Shown here: positions 1-7,915 of the stretch, piece by piece
Layout of the letters: every line of letters begins with the position of its first letter
How positions within the stretch are numbered: position 1 is the stretch's first letter
Source: a virus
Lineage: Duplodnaviria > Caudoviricetes
IMG/VR virus record: IMGVR_UViG_3300030332_000525
Location: 1 to 27,811 of that record
Length of the DNA: 27,811 nt
Direction: 5' to 3' (one strand)
Notes under the pieces: model-generated
What the model saw: only the letters and a program-made list of their open reading frames with translations
The model's database searches: none
What the model was told of the DNA's origin: nothing
Position numbers and translations under genes: made by a program

Positions 1-2
1 AT

Positions 3-1832
3 ATACCAGGTACTCATTATATGTATTTACAATGGAGTAAAATTGATGTTGGGCCTCCAGATTTTAGAGAAGCTAATAGATTATTCTTTATATTTTGGGA
101 AGCTTGTAAAGCAGACATCAGATGCTATGGAATGTGTTACCTTAAAAACCGTAGGTCTGGATTCTCTTTCATGGCCTCAGGAGAGGTTGTAAATTTAGCG
201 ACAATATCAAGTGATTCCAGATACGGAATATTATCTAAAACTGGACCAGACGCTAAAACAATGTTTACTGATAAGGTTGTTCCTATCTCAGTTAATTATC
301 CATTCTTTTTTAAACCGATTCAAGATGGTATGGATCGTCCTAAAACAGAATTAGCATATAGAGTACCGGCTTCTAAATTTACTAGAAGAAAGATTATAAC
401 TGGTGAAGTACTCGAAGAATTAGAAGGTTTAGATACTACAATTGATTGGAAAAATACAGGTGATAATAGTTATGATGGTGAAAAATTAAAACTATTAGTT
501 CATGATGAATCTGGGAAATGGGAGAGACCTAGTAATATTTTGAACAATTGGAGAGTTACAAAAACATGTTTACGATTAGGTAGTCGAATTATTGGTAAAT
601 GCATGATGGGTAGCACTTCAAATGCTTTAGATAAAGGTGGTGATAATTTTAAAAAACTATATGAAAGTTCCGATGTTACAAAAAGAAACCGCAACGGGCA
701 GACTCGCTCAGGATTATATAGTTTGTTCATACCTATGGAATGGAACTACGAGGGATACATTAACACTTATGGATTACCTGTATTCGAAACACCTAAAACC
801 CCCCATGAAGACCCTCATGGGCAAAAAATTAAATTAGGCGTATTAGATTATTGGAAAAATGAAGTAGATGGTTTAAGTGAAGATCAAGATGCTTTAAATG
901 AATTTTATAGACAATTTCCTCGGACCACTAAGCATGCTTTTAGAGATGAATCTAAAAATTCTTTATTTAATCTAACTAAAATATACCAACAAATAGATTG
1001 GAATGCAGATATAAAACATAGCAGTGTTATAACACAAGGATCTTTTCAATGGGTTGGAGGGATTAAAGATACTGAAGTAATATTTGTACCAAATAAAAGT
1101 GGTAGATTTTTAGTTTCATGGGTTCCACCCACTAGATTACAAAATAATATAATATTAAAATTAGGGAAAAAATATCCAGCTAATGAAAATTTGGGAGCAT
1201 TTGGTTGTGACCCTTATGATATATCAGGGACTGTAGATGGTAGAGGATCAAACGGATCTTTGCATGGTTTAACTAAGTTTAGTATGGAAGATATTCCCCC
1301 ACATCATTTTTTCTTAGAATATATTGCCCGTCCCCAAACAGCCGAAACATTTTTTGAAGATGTATTAATGGCCTGTATATTTTATGGTATGCCATTATTA
1401 TGCGAAAATAATAAACCTAGATTATTATATCATTTCAAAAGACGAGGATATAGAGGGTATGCAATGAATAGACCAGATAAAATATATAATAAATTATCGG
1501 TTACTGAAAGAGAAATAGGAGGAATACCTAATTCAAGCCAAGATATTATACAAGCACATGCTGCCGCGATTGAATCTTATATAGAAGAATACGCGGGATT
1601 AAAAGAGGACGGTAATTATGGAGATATATATTTTCAACGTACTTTAGATGATTGGAGTAAATTTAATATTAATAATAGAACTAAACATGATGCCTCAATT
1701 AGTTCAGGCTTAGCAATCATGGCATGTAATAAAAACAAGTATAGACCAGTTCCAAAACTTATTAAACAAGAATATGATTTAGGAATTAAAAGATACGACA
1801 ATACAGGAGCACTATCCAAAATTATACAATAA
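3..1832 (+). CDS. terL: Terminase large subunit (5'-truncated; frame is open from the window edge, ...IPGTHY-MYLQW)
   Basis: Walker A-like LKNRRSGFS, Walker B LLVHDESGKW, coupling motif GSTSN, and RNase H-type nuclease motifs FGCDPYD, LCENN and HDASISSGLA. Lies directly upstream of the portal. No stop between position 3 and ATG21, so the true start is probably outside the window. Confidence 0.93.
   Translation: MPGTHYMYLQWSKIDVGPPDFREANRLFFIFWEACKADIRCYGMCYLKNRRSGFSFMASGEVVNLATISSDSRYGILSKTGPDAKTMFTDKVVPISVNYPFFFKPIQDGMDRPKTELAYRVPASKFTRRKIITGEVLEELEGLDTTIDWKNTGDNSYDGEKLKLLVHDESGKWERPSNILNNWRVTKTCLRLGSRIIGKCMMGSTSNALDKGGDNFKKLYESSDVTKRNRNGQTRSGLYSLFIPMEWNYEGYINTYGLPVFETPKTPHEDPHGQKIKLGVLDYWKNEVDGLSEDQDALNEFYRQFPRTTKHAFRDESKNSLFNLTKIYQQIDWNADIKHSSVITQGSFQWVGGIKDTEVIFVPNKSGRFLVSWVPPTRLQNNIILKLGKKYPANENLGAFGCDPYDISGTVDGRGSNGSLHGLTKFSMEDIPPHHFFLEYIARPQTAETFFEDVLMACIFYGMPLLCENNKPRLLYHFKRRGYRGYAMNRPDKIYNKLSVTEREIGGIPNSSQDIIQAHAAAIESYIEEYAGLKEDGNYGDIYFQRTLDDWSKFNINNRTKHDASISSGLAIMACNKNKYRPVPKLIKQEYDLGIKRYDNTGALSKIIQ
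661..837 (+). CDS. Candidate overprinted 58-aa gene in the +1 frame of terL (MKVPMLQKETATGRLAQDYIVCSYLWNGTTRDTL...)
   Basis: ATG661 is preceded by AT-rich aattttaaaaaactat, giving a tatATG context like that of three main genes. Synonymous G/C-ending terL codons are 19/56 across the overlap versus 5/56 in the next 58 codons (hand count). Confidence 0.45.
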   Translation: MKVPMLQKETATGRLAQDYIVCSYLWNGTTRDTLTLMDYLYSKHLKPPMKTLMGKKLN

Positions 1833-4223
1833 ATGAAGATAAACTATAATACTAATAGTCCTTTTCCGAGTCAAGTAGTAAGTGACGCAGAGAAATCAAG
1901 CTGGGAATATGGAGAACAAGTAGCTAGAGCTATTGAATACGAGTGGTTTAGTCAAGGTCGTACTAATGGTAATAGATATTTAACTACTTGGAATAACTAT
2001 AATAGATTAAGATTATATGCAAGAGGCGAACAACCGGTACAAAAATATAAAGATGAATTATCTATTAATGGAGACTTATCTTATCTTAATTTAGATTGGA
2101 AACCTGTACCTATAATTTCTAAATTTGTAGATATATTAGCTAATGGGATTTCTGCTAAAGATTATGATATAAATGCTTATGCACAAGATCCTGAATCTTT
2201 AAATAAAAGAACTAATTATGCTAAAATGTTAGCAGAGGATATATTTGCTAAAGAAACAATGGGACAAATTGCAGAAATGCTTGGATCTGATTTATCACGT
2301 ACTAGTATATCACAAAAGGAATTACCTACTACTAAAGAAGAACTAGAATTACATATGCAATTAAGCTATAAACAGGCTATAGAAGTTGCGGAAGAAGAGG
2401 CTATAAATCAAATATTAGATCAAAATAGATTTGATTTAATTAAACGTAGAATAAATTATGATTTAGTAACCTGTGGAATTGCTGCATGTAAAACTAATTT
2501 TAATTTAGCTAATGGAATTACGATAGATTATGTTGATCCAGCTTACATGGTATATTCTTATACAGAAGATCCAAATTTTGAAGATATATATTATGTAGGT
2601 GAAGTAAAGGGAATAACTATCCCTGAACTTAAAAAACAATTTCCTAATATTCCTAATGAAGAATTAGAGAAAATTCAACAAAATAAAGGAAATAGAAACT
2701 ATATTTATGGGTGGGGAGCTTTTGATGAAAATACAGTTCAAGTATTATATTTTGAATATAAAACTTATACTGATCAAGTATTTAAAATAAAAGAAACCCC
2801 TTATGGATTACAAAAAGCATTAGAAAAACCTGATACATTTAATCCTCCTGAAAATGATAATTTTGAAAGAGTAAGTAGAAGTATAGAAGTATTATATAAA
2901 GGGGTTAAGGTTTTAGGTACTAATACCATGTTGCAATGGGAAATGGCTGAAAATATGACTCGACCCTTTGCTGATACTACTAAAGTAGAAATGAATTATG
3001 CTATTTGTGCACCAAGAATATATAAAGGGCGTATTGATTCTATTGTAAGTAGAATTACAGGATTTGCTGATATGATTCAATTAACACATTTAAAACTTCA
3101 ACAAGTTATAGCTAGAATAGTACCTGATGGTGTATTTTTAGATATGGATGGACTTGCAGAAGTGGATCTAGGGAATGGTACTAATTATAATCCAGCTGAA
3201 GCATTGAATATGTATTTCCAAACAGGATCGGTTGTAGGTAGATCTTTAACCCAAGATGGTGAATTAAATAGAGGAAAAATACCAGTACAAGAATTAGCAA
3301 CTAACTCAGGCCAAGCAAAAATTCAAAGTTTAATTCAAACATATAATTATTATTTACAAATGATAAGAGATGTGACCGGATTAAATGAGGCTAGAGACGG
3401 TAGTTTGCCTGATAGAGATACTTTAGTTGGTCTTCAAAAAATTGCAGCACAACAATCTAATATAGCTACTAAACATATTAATAATGCTAGTTTATGGTTA
3501 ACTTTAAGGGCTTGTGAAAATGTTGCCAAAAAAATTGGTGATATGTTAGAATATCCATTAACTGCTAATGCTTTAAAAGAAAGTATTTCTACTTTTGATA
3601 CAGAAACATTAAGAGAAATTGATCATTTATCTTTACACGATTTTGGTATATTTTTAGATTTAGAACCTGATGAAGAAGAAAAAGCTCAATTAGAACAAAA
3701 TATTCAAGTAGCTTTATCAGGTGGAGGTATTGATTTAGAAGATGCAATAGATATTAGACAAATACGTAATTTAAAATTGGCTAATCAATTATTAAAACAA
3801 AAACGTAAGCAAAAAGAGCAACGTGATCAACAAATCCAAGAACGTCAAATTCAACTAACAGCACAAGCAAATGCGGATGCAGCTCAAAAAGCAGCTGAAG
3901 TAGAATTACAGAAACAACAGGCATTAGCTGAAAAAGAATTACAAATTGAACAAGGTAAATCTCAATTTGAAATTCAACGAATGCAAACCGAAGCAGAAAT
4001 TAAACGTCAATTAATGGCTGAAGAATTTAATTATCAATTGCAATTAGAGCAATTGAAAATGCAAGCAGAACAAGGAAAAGAAAAAGAAATAGAAAATAGA
4101 AAAGACAAAAGAGTTAAAATCCAAGGAACACAACAAAGTGAAATGATAGATCAAAGAAACAATGATTTATTGCCTATAGATTTTGAAAACAAAGGCCAAG
4201 AAGGAATGTTTCCTATGGCTTAA
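1833..4223 (+). CDS. Portal protein
   Basis: 796 aa, abutting terL (TAA-ATG) and upstream of scaffold and capsid genes. Long Q/E/K-rich C-terminal coiled coil like the P22-type portal barrel. Confidence 0.88.
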   Translation: MKINYNTNSPFPSQVVSDAEKSSWEYGEQVARAIEYEWFSQGRTNGNRYLTTWNNYNRLRLYARGEQPVQKYKDELSINGDLSYLNLDWKPVPIISKFVDILANGISAKDYDINAYAQDPESLNKRTNYAKMLAEDIFAKETMGQIAEMLGSDLSRTSISQKELPTTKEELELHMQLSYKQAIEVAEEEAINQILDQNRFDLIKRRINYDLVTCGIAACKTNFNLANGITIDYVDPAYMVYSYTEDPNFEDIYYVGEVKGITIPELKKQFPNIPNEELEKIQQNKGNRNYIYGWGAFDENTVQVLYFEYKTYTDQVFKIKETPYGLQKALEKPDTFNPPENDNFERVSRSIEVLYKGVKVLGTNTMLQWEMAENMTRPFADTTKVEMNYAICAPRIYKGRIDSIVSRITGFADMIQLTHLKLQQVIARIVPDGVFLDMDGLAEVDLGNGTNYNPAEALNMYFQTGSVVGRSLTQDGELNRGKIPVQELATNSGQAKIQSLIQTYNYYLQMIRDVTGLNEARDGSLPDRDTLVGLQKIAAQQSNIATKHINNASLWLTLRACENVAKKIGDMLEYPLTANALKESISTFDTETLREIDHLSLHDFGIFLDLEPDEEEKAQLEQNIQVALSGGGIDLEDAIDIRQIRNLKLANQLLKQKRKQKEQRDQQIQERQIQLTAQANADAAQKAAEVELQKQQALAEKELQIEQGKSQFEIQRMQTEAEIKRQLMAEEFNYQLQLEQLKMQAEQGKEKEIENRKDKRVKIQGTQQSEMIDQRNNDLLPIDFENKGQEGMFPMA

Positions 4224-4226
4224 TTA

Positions 4227-4256
4227 TTAATTATTTAATTATATTTTATTATGGCA
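4227..4256 (+). promoter_or_regulatory. Repeated start-proximal motif TTAAyTATTTAATTATATTwTATTATGGCA, copy 1 (scaffold gene)
   Basis: 28/30 identical to 6996-7025, with the same spacing to the ATG. Confidence 0.6.
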
Positions 4257-5492
4257 GAACAAAAAGCGGCCGTAGAGGTCAAACAAGAAGGCGACTTTAA
4301 AATAAAGTCAAAGCCTAAAAAAATGAAAGACTTAGGAAGTAAGTCAAAAAATGAAGTAGTAAAAGTAGATTTAACAAAACCCGTAACAGATGAGGTAAAA
4401 TCAAATGTTATTAAGGTAGATTTAACAAAACCAAAAACAGATGCCGTTCAAGAGCAAAAAACAGAGACAGTGGATGTGGATAAACGAGCCGGAGATGGCG
4501 AGAAAGTGGACACAGGAACACGGGTCAGCGATACAAAGGAAGAGCCCGTTGCAGAAGTTGAGGTGCAAACTCCGATCGAAGAAATAATTGAAGAGGTTGA
4601 AGAAACTACTCCAGAAAAAATAGAAAATATTCAAGAGGTAACTAAAGAACCTGTTGTAGAAACACAACAACTACCCCAAAATGTTGATAAACTCGTAAAG
4701 TTTATGGAAGAAACAGGCGGGACAGTAGAAGACTATGTTAAACTCAATAGAGATTATACAAAATTAGATGATAATTCTTTATTACATGAATATTATAAAC
4801 AAACAAAACCTCATTTATCACAAGATGAAATTAACTTTTTAATTGAAGATAAATTTCTAGTAGATGAGGATATAGACGAACAAAGAGACATACGTAGAAA
4901 AAAACTAGCTTATAAAGAAGAAGTTGCTTTTGCGAAAAAGGATTTAGAAGGTTTAAAAAATAAGTATTATGCTGATATTAAACAACGTCCCGGAGTAACA
5001 CAAGAACAACAAAAAGCTACAGATTTTTTCAATCGTTATAATAAACAGCAAGAAACTATAAAGCAAAGTCATGAAGCGTTTCAAAAACGGACCAAAGATT
5101 TATTTGATACAGAATTCAAAGGTTTTGATTATTCTGTAGGTGAAAAGAAATTTAGGTATAAAGTTCAAGATCCTTCTAAAATAGCTAAGAGTCAATCTGA
5201 TATTAATAATTTTATTAACAAATTTGTTGATAAAGAAGGAAATATTAATGATACTCCAGGTTATCATAAAGCTTTATATGCTGCTATGAATGCTGACAAA
5301 TTAGCAAGTCATTTTTATGAACAAGGGAAGGCTGACGGTGTTAAAAACATGGTTAAGCAATCCAAGAACCCAGCTCAAGATGCGCCAAGGCAAGTTGCCG
5401 GAGGGGACGTGTTTATAGATGGATTAAAAGTGAGAGCTATTAGTGGAACAGATTCATCAAAATTGAAAATTAAACGAACATTTAACAATTAA
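4251..5492 (+). CDS. Putative capsid scaffolding/assembly protein
   Basis: Lies between portal and major capsid genes. Acidic low-complexity N-terminal half, helical/coiled-coil C-terminal half, basic C-terminal tip (KLKIKR). Confidence 0.7.
   Translation: MAEQKAAVEVKQEGDFKIKSKPKKMKDLGSKSKNEVVKVDLTKPVTDEVKSNVIKVDLTKPKTDAVQEQKTETVDVDKRAGDGEKVDTGTRVSDTKEEPVAEVEVQTPIEEIIEEVEETTPEKIENIQEVTKEPVVETQQLPQNVDKLVKFMEETGGTVEDYVKLNRDYTKLDDNSLLHEYYKQTKPHLSQDEINFLIEDKFLVDEDIDEQRDIRRKKLAYKEEVAFAKKDLEGLKNKYYADIKQRPGVTQEQQKATDFFNRYNKQQETIKQSHEAFQKRTKDLFDTEFKGFDYSVGEKKFRYKVQDPSKIAKSQSDINNFINKFVDKEGNINDTPGYHKALYAAMNADKLASHFYEQGKADGVKNMVKQSKNPAQDAPRQVAGGDVFIDGLKVRAISGTDSSKLKIKRTFNN
4350..4451 (+). repeat. Tandem 51-nt (17-aa) duplication NEVVKVDLTKPVTDEVK / SNVIKVDLTKPKTDAVQ
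   Basis: Exact 17-mer gtagatttaacaaaacc at 4365 and 4416, each followed 4 nt later by acagatg. Confidence 0.85.
4441..4587 (+). CDS. Nested 48-aa basic protein in the +1 frame of the scaffold gene: MPFKSKKQRQWMWINEPEMARKWTQEHGSAIQRKSPLQKLRCKLRSKK
   Basis: ATG4441 to TAA4587. GC is 71/140 (51%) over 4441-4580 versus 38/140 (27%) before and 47/140 (34%) after. A-rich upstream context. The peptide resembles the MPFKSxKQRxxxWxNxPExAxKW pattern I recall from small uncharacterised phage proteins (recollection, not a search result). Confidence 0.78.
   Translation: MPFKSKKQRQWMWINEPEMARKWTQEHGSAIQRKSPLQKLRCKLRSKK
5317..5418 (+). CDS. Weak candidate nested 33-aa ORF in the +1 frame of the scaffold 3' end (MNKGRLTVLKTWLSNPRTQLKMRQGKLPEGTCL)
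   Basis: GC is 49/100 (5321-5420) versus 28/100 just upstream. About 14/33 G/C-ending host-frame codons versus 2/33 before. ORF limits match the anomaly, but RNA structure could also explain it. Confidence 0.3.
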   Translation: MNKGRLTVLKTWLSNPRTQLKMRQGKLPEGTCL

Positions 5493-5503
5493 AATTTAAA
5501 ATT

Positions 5504-6949
5504 ATGCCTTTAAATCCCCAATTTGGAACGATAATCCCTAGTCAGGTACAACAAATACTTGCTACGAATTATTTAAATTTTGCCGGCGGTGGTGTTACTT
5601 TCGCTCAGCAATATTTACCAGAAATCTACGAACAAGAGGTTGAAAGATACGGTAATAGAACTTTATCTGGATTCTTAAGAATGGTAGGTGCGGAGCTTCC
5701 AATGACAAGTGACCAAGTAATCTGGTCAGAACAAAATAGATTACATATTGCTTATGATAACTGTACGTTTGCAGCTCCTGGTGTAGGTGCGGCTAACGCT
5801 ATTACTATACCTGCTGGTGTAACTAACGTTATATCTCCAAGATCTACTATCGTTGTGATGGATGATTTCGGTGCAGAAGTAAAGTGTTTAGTTGTTTCAT
5901 CTAACATTGGACCTGGTGCGGTTACTATAAATGTTGATCCTTATACAGCGGCTACTATTGCTGCTGCAGGTTTAGTAGGAAACGTAAAAATATTTGTTTA
6001 CGGTTCTGAATATCTGAAAGGATCTACAACACCTAACGCTGCTGCTGGTCCCGTCTTAGCTGCCGGAACTACTTATGTAAGCGTTGATCCAAATTTCACA
6101 CAATTCCAAAACAATCCTATCATTGTAAGAAGCAAATACACAGTATCTGGTTCTGATATGGCTCAAATAGGTTGGGTTGAAGTTGCTACGGAAGATGGAA
6201 CTTCTGGATACCTTTGGTATCTAAAAGCTGAGTCTGAAACAAGACTTAGATTTGAAGACTATTTAGAAATGATGTGTGTTGAAGCTGAGCTTGTTGCTGC
6301 TGCTTCTCCAATCGTTGTTGGAACTGAAGCAAATGGTTCTGAAGGACTTTTTGCTGCTATTCAAAATAGAGGTAACGTAATGGTTGGCTTTAGTGCTGCT
6401 ACTGGTCTTGGTGACTTTGATGATATTCTTAGAAACTTAGATACTCAGGGGGCTATTGAAGAAAACATGCTATTCCTAGATAGACAAACTGCTTTGGATT
6501 TTGACGATATGCTAGCTGCTATCTCTTCAGGTGCACAAGGTGGTACTGCTTATGGACTATTTGAAAACTCAGAAGAAATGGCTTTAAACTTAGGTTTTAG
6601 CGGTTTCAGAAGAGGTTCTTATGACTTTTATAAAACAGACTGGAAATATCTTAACGACGCTTCAACGCGTGGTGCGATGACTGGCCCTGCTTCTATAGAA
6701 GGCGTATTAGTTCCTGCTGGTACAACTACTGTCTATGATCAAATTCTTGGTACTAACATTAGAAGACCTTTCTTACATGTAAGATATAGAGCTTCTGAAG
6801 GTGATGACCGAAGAATGAAATCATGGTTAACAGGTTCTGCAGGTGGAGCTTATACTAGTGATCTTGATGCAATGGAAGTTAACTTCCTTTCAGAAAGATG
6901 CTTAGTAACTCAAGCTGCTAACAACTTTGTATTATTCCAAGGAGTATAA
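5504..6949 (+). CDS. Major capsid protein (HK97 fold inferred)
   Basis: 481 aa after the scaffold gene. High-expression codon bias (many AAC/TTC/ATC/GGT/GCT). Followed by the clearest terminator in the window. Segments such as WSEQNRLH and GSEGLFAAIQNRGN fit HK97-type E-loop and post-spine-helix positions. Confidence 0.88.
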   Translation: MPLNPQFGTIIPSQVQQILATNYLNFAGGGVTFAQQYLPEIYEQEVERYGNRTLSGFLRMVGAELPMTSDQVIWSEQNRLHIAYDNCTFAAPGVGAANAITIPAGVTNVISPRSTIVVMDDFGAEVKCLVVSSNIGPGAVTINVDPYTAATIAAAGLVGNVKIFVYGSEYLKGSTTPNAAAGPVLAAGTTYVSVDPNFTQFQNNPIIVRSKYTVSGSDMAQIGWVEVATEDGTSGYLWYLKAESETRLRFEDYLEMMCVEAELVAAASPIVVGTEANGSEGLFAAIQNRGNVMVGFSAATGLGDFDDILRNLDTQGAIEENMLFLDRQTALDFDDMLAAISSGAQGGTAYGLFENSEEMALNLGFSGFRRGSYDFYKTDWKYLNDASTRGAMTGPASIEGVLVPAGTTTVYDQILGTNIRRPFLHVRYRASEGDDRRMKSWLTGSAGGAYTSDLDAMEVNFLSERCLVTQAANNFVLFQGV

Positions 6950-6955
6950 TCATTG

Positions 6956-6997
6956 TAAAGGTAACGGGCACTGCGGTGCCCTTCTACCTTTATTTTT
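6956..6997 (+). terminator. Intrinsic terminator after the major capsid gene
   Basis: taaaggta-ac-GGGCAC-tgcg-GTGCCC-ttc-taccttta-ttttt: GC-rich stem with a C(UGCG)G UNCG-type tetraloop, an extended lower stem and a T-tract. Confidence 0.85.
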
Positions 6998-7025
6998 AAC
7001 TATTTAATTATATTATATTATGGCA
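6996..7025 (+). promoter_or_regulatory. Repeated start-proximal motif, copy 2 (gene after capsid)
   Basis: ttaactatttaattatattatattATGgca; 28/30 identical to 4227-4256. Confidence 0.6.
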
Positions 7026-7865
7026 AAAACAAAAAAAGAAGAGGTTGCTATAGAAGAATTACCAGTCGTAGAAGGACAGATAATTGAAAATGTAGCGCAA
7101 CCGATTAAAGTAAAACCAGTTAAAAAAGATGACTGGGAAATAAAAGATAGAACTTATATACTTAAAGGAGATAAAGAACCTTTAACATTTACTATTCCAA
7201 GTAAACATACTCGAAGACATCCTTTGTTATGGTTTGATCAATCAGCCAAAGAACAAAGAGAATTAAGATATGCTACTAATATGAATAGTCCTTTTGTAGA
7301 TGAACAAAAAGGAGAAGTTACTATGGGACATATAACTTTTAGAGACGGCTCATTACATGTCGCAAGCAAAGATGTTGCTTTACAAAAGTTATTGTCTTTA
7401 TATCATCCAATGAAAGATAGAAAGTATATAGAACATATACCTAAACAAATTGCATCGGATGAATTAGTAGATCTAGAATTTGAACTAGAAGCATTACTTG
7501 CAGCACGAACTATGGATGTAGATCAGGCTGAAGCTATTATAAGAGTAGAACAAGGAAATGCAGTAGATTCATTATCTTCTAAAGAAGTAAAAAGAGATCT
7601 AATGTTACTAGCTAAAAGAAATCCTCAATTATTTTTAAGCTTGGCGGCTGATGAAAATGTAGGATTAAGAAACGCTGGAATTAAAGCTGTTGATCAAGGG
7701 TTAATGAGATTATCTCAAGATCAAAGAACATTCCATTGGGGTAGTAATGATAGAAAGTTGATGACAGTACCATTTGATGAAAATCCTTATACAGCATTAG
7801 CTGCATGGTTTAAAACAGATGATGGGGTAGAAGTATATAAGTCGGTAGAAAAACAACTTCAATAA
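7020..7865 (+). CDS. Hypothetical post-capsid protein (virion or assembly factor)
   Basis: 281 aa with typical codon usage, flanked by two hairpins. Occupies the position of the conserved gene following the capsid gene in crAss-like phages (synteny only). Confidence 0.6.
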   Translation: MAKTKKEEVAIEELPVVEGQIIENVAQPIKVKPVKKDDWEIKDRTYILKGDKEPLTFTIPSKHTRRHPLLWFDQSAKEQRELRYATNMNSPFVDEQKGEVTMGHITFRDGSLHVASKDVALQKLLSLYHPMKDRKYIEHIPKQIASDELVDLEFELEALLAARTMDVDQAEAIIRVEQGNAVDSLSSKEVKRDLMLLAKRNPQLFLSLAADENVGLRNAGIKAVDQGLMRLSQDQRTFHWGSNDRKLMTVPFDENPYTALAAWFKTDDGVEVYKSVEKQLQ

Positions 7866-7900
7866 TAATATAAGGGGCGGATACGTCCGCCTCTATATTA
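7866..7900 (+). terminator. Intergenic stem-loop (weak terminator or mRNA-stabilising hairpin)
   Basis: taatata-a-gg-GGCGGA-tacg-TCCGCC-tc-tatatta: UACG tetraloop, but no U-tract follows. Confidence 0.6.
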
Positions 7901-7915
7901 AATAATAAAAATATA

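Noticed and set aside
21-23. ATG21 as the terminase start
   Set aside because: The frame is open upstream to the window edge (IPGTHY) and Walker A would be only ~40 aa from the start; the gene is most likely truncated by the window.
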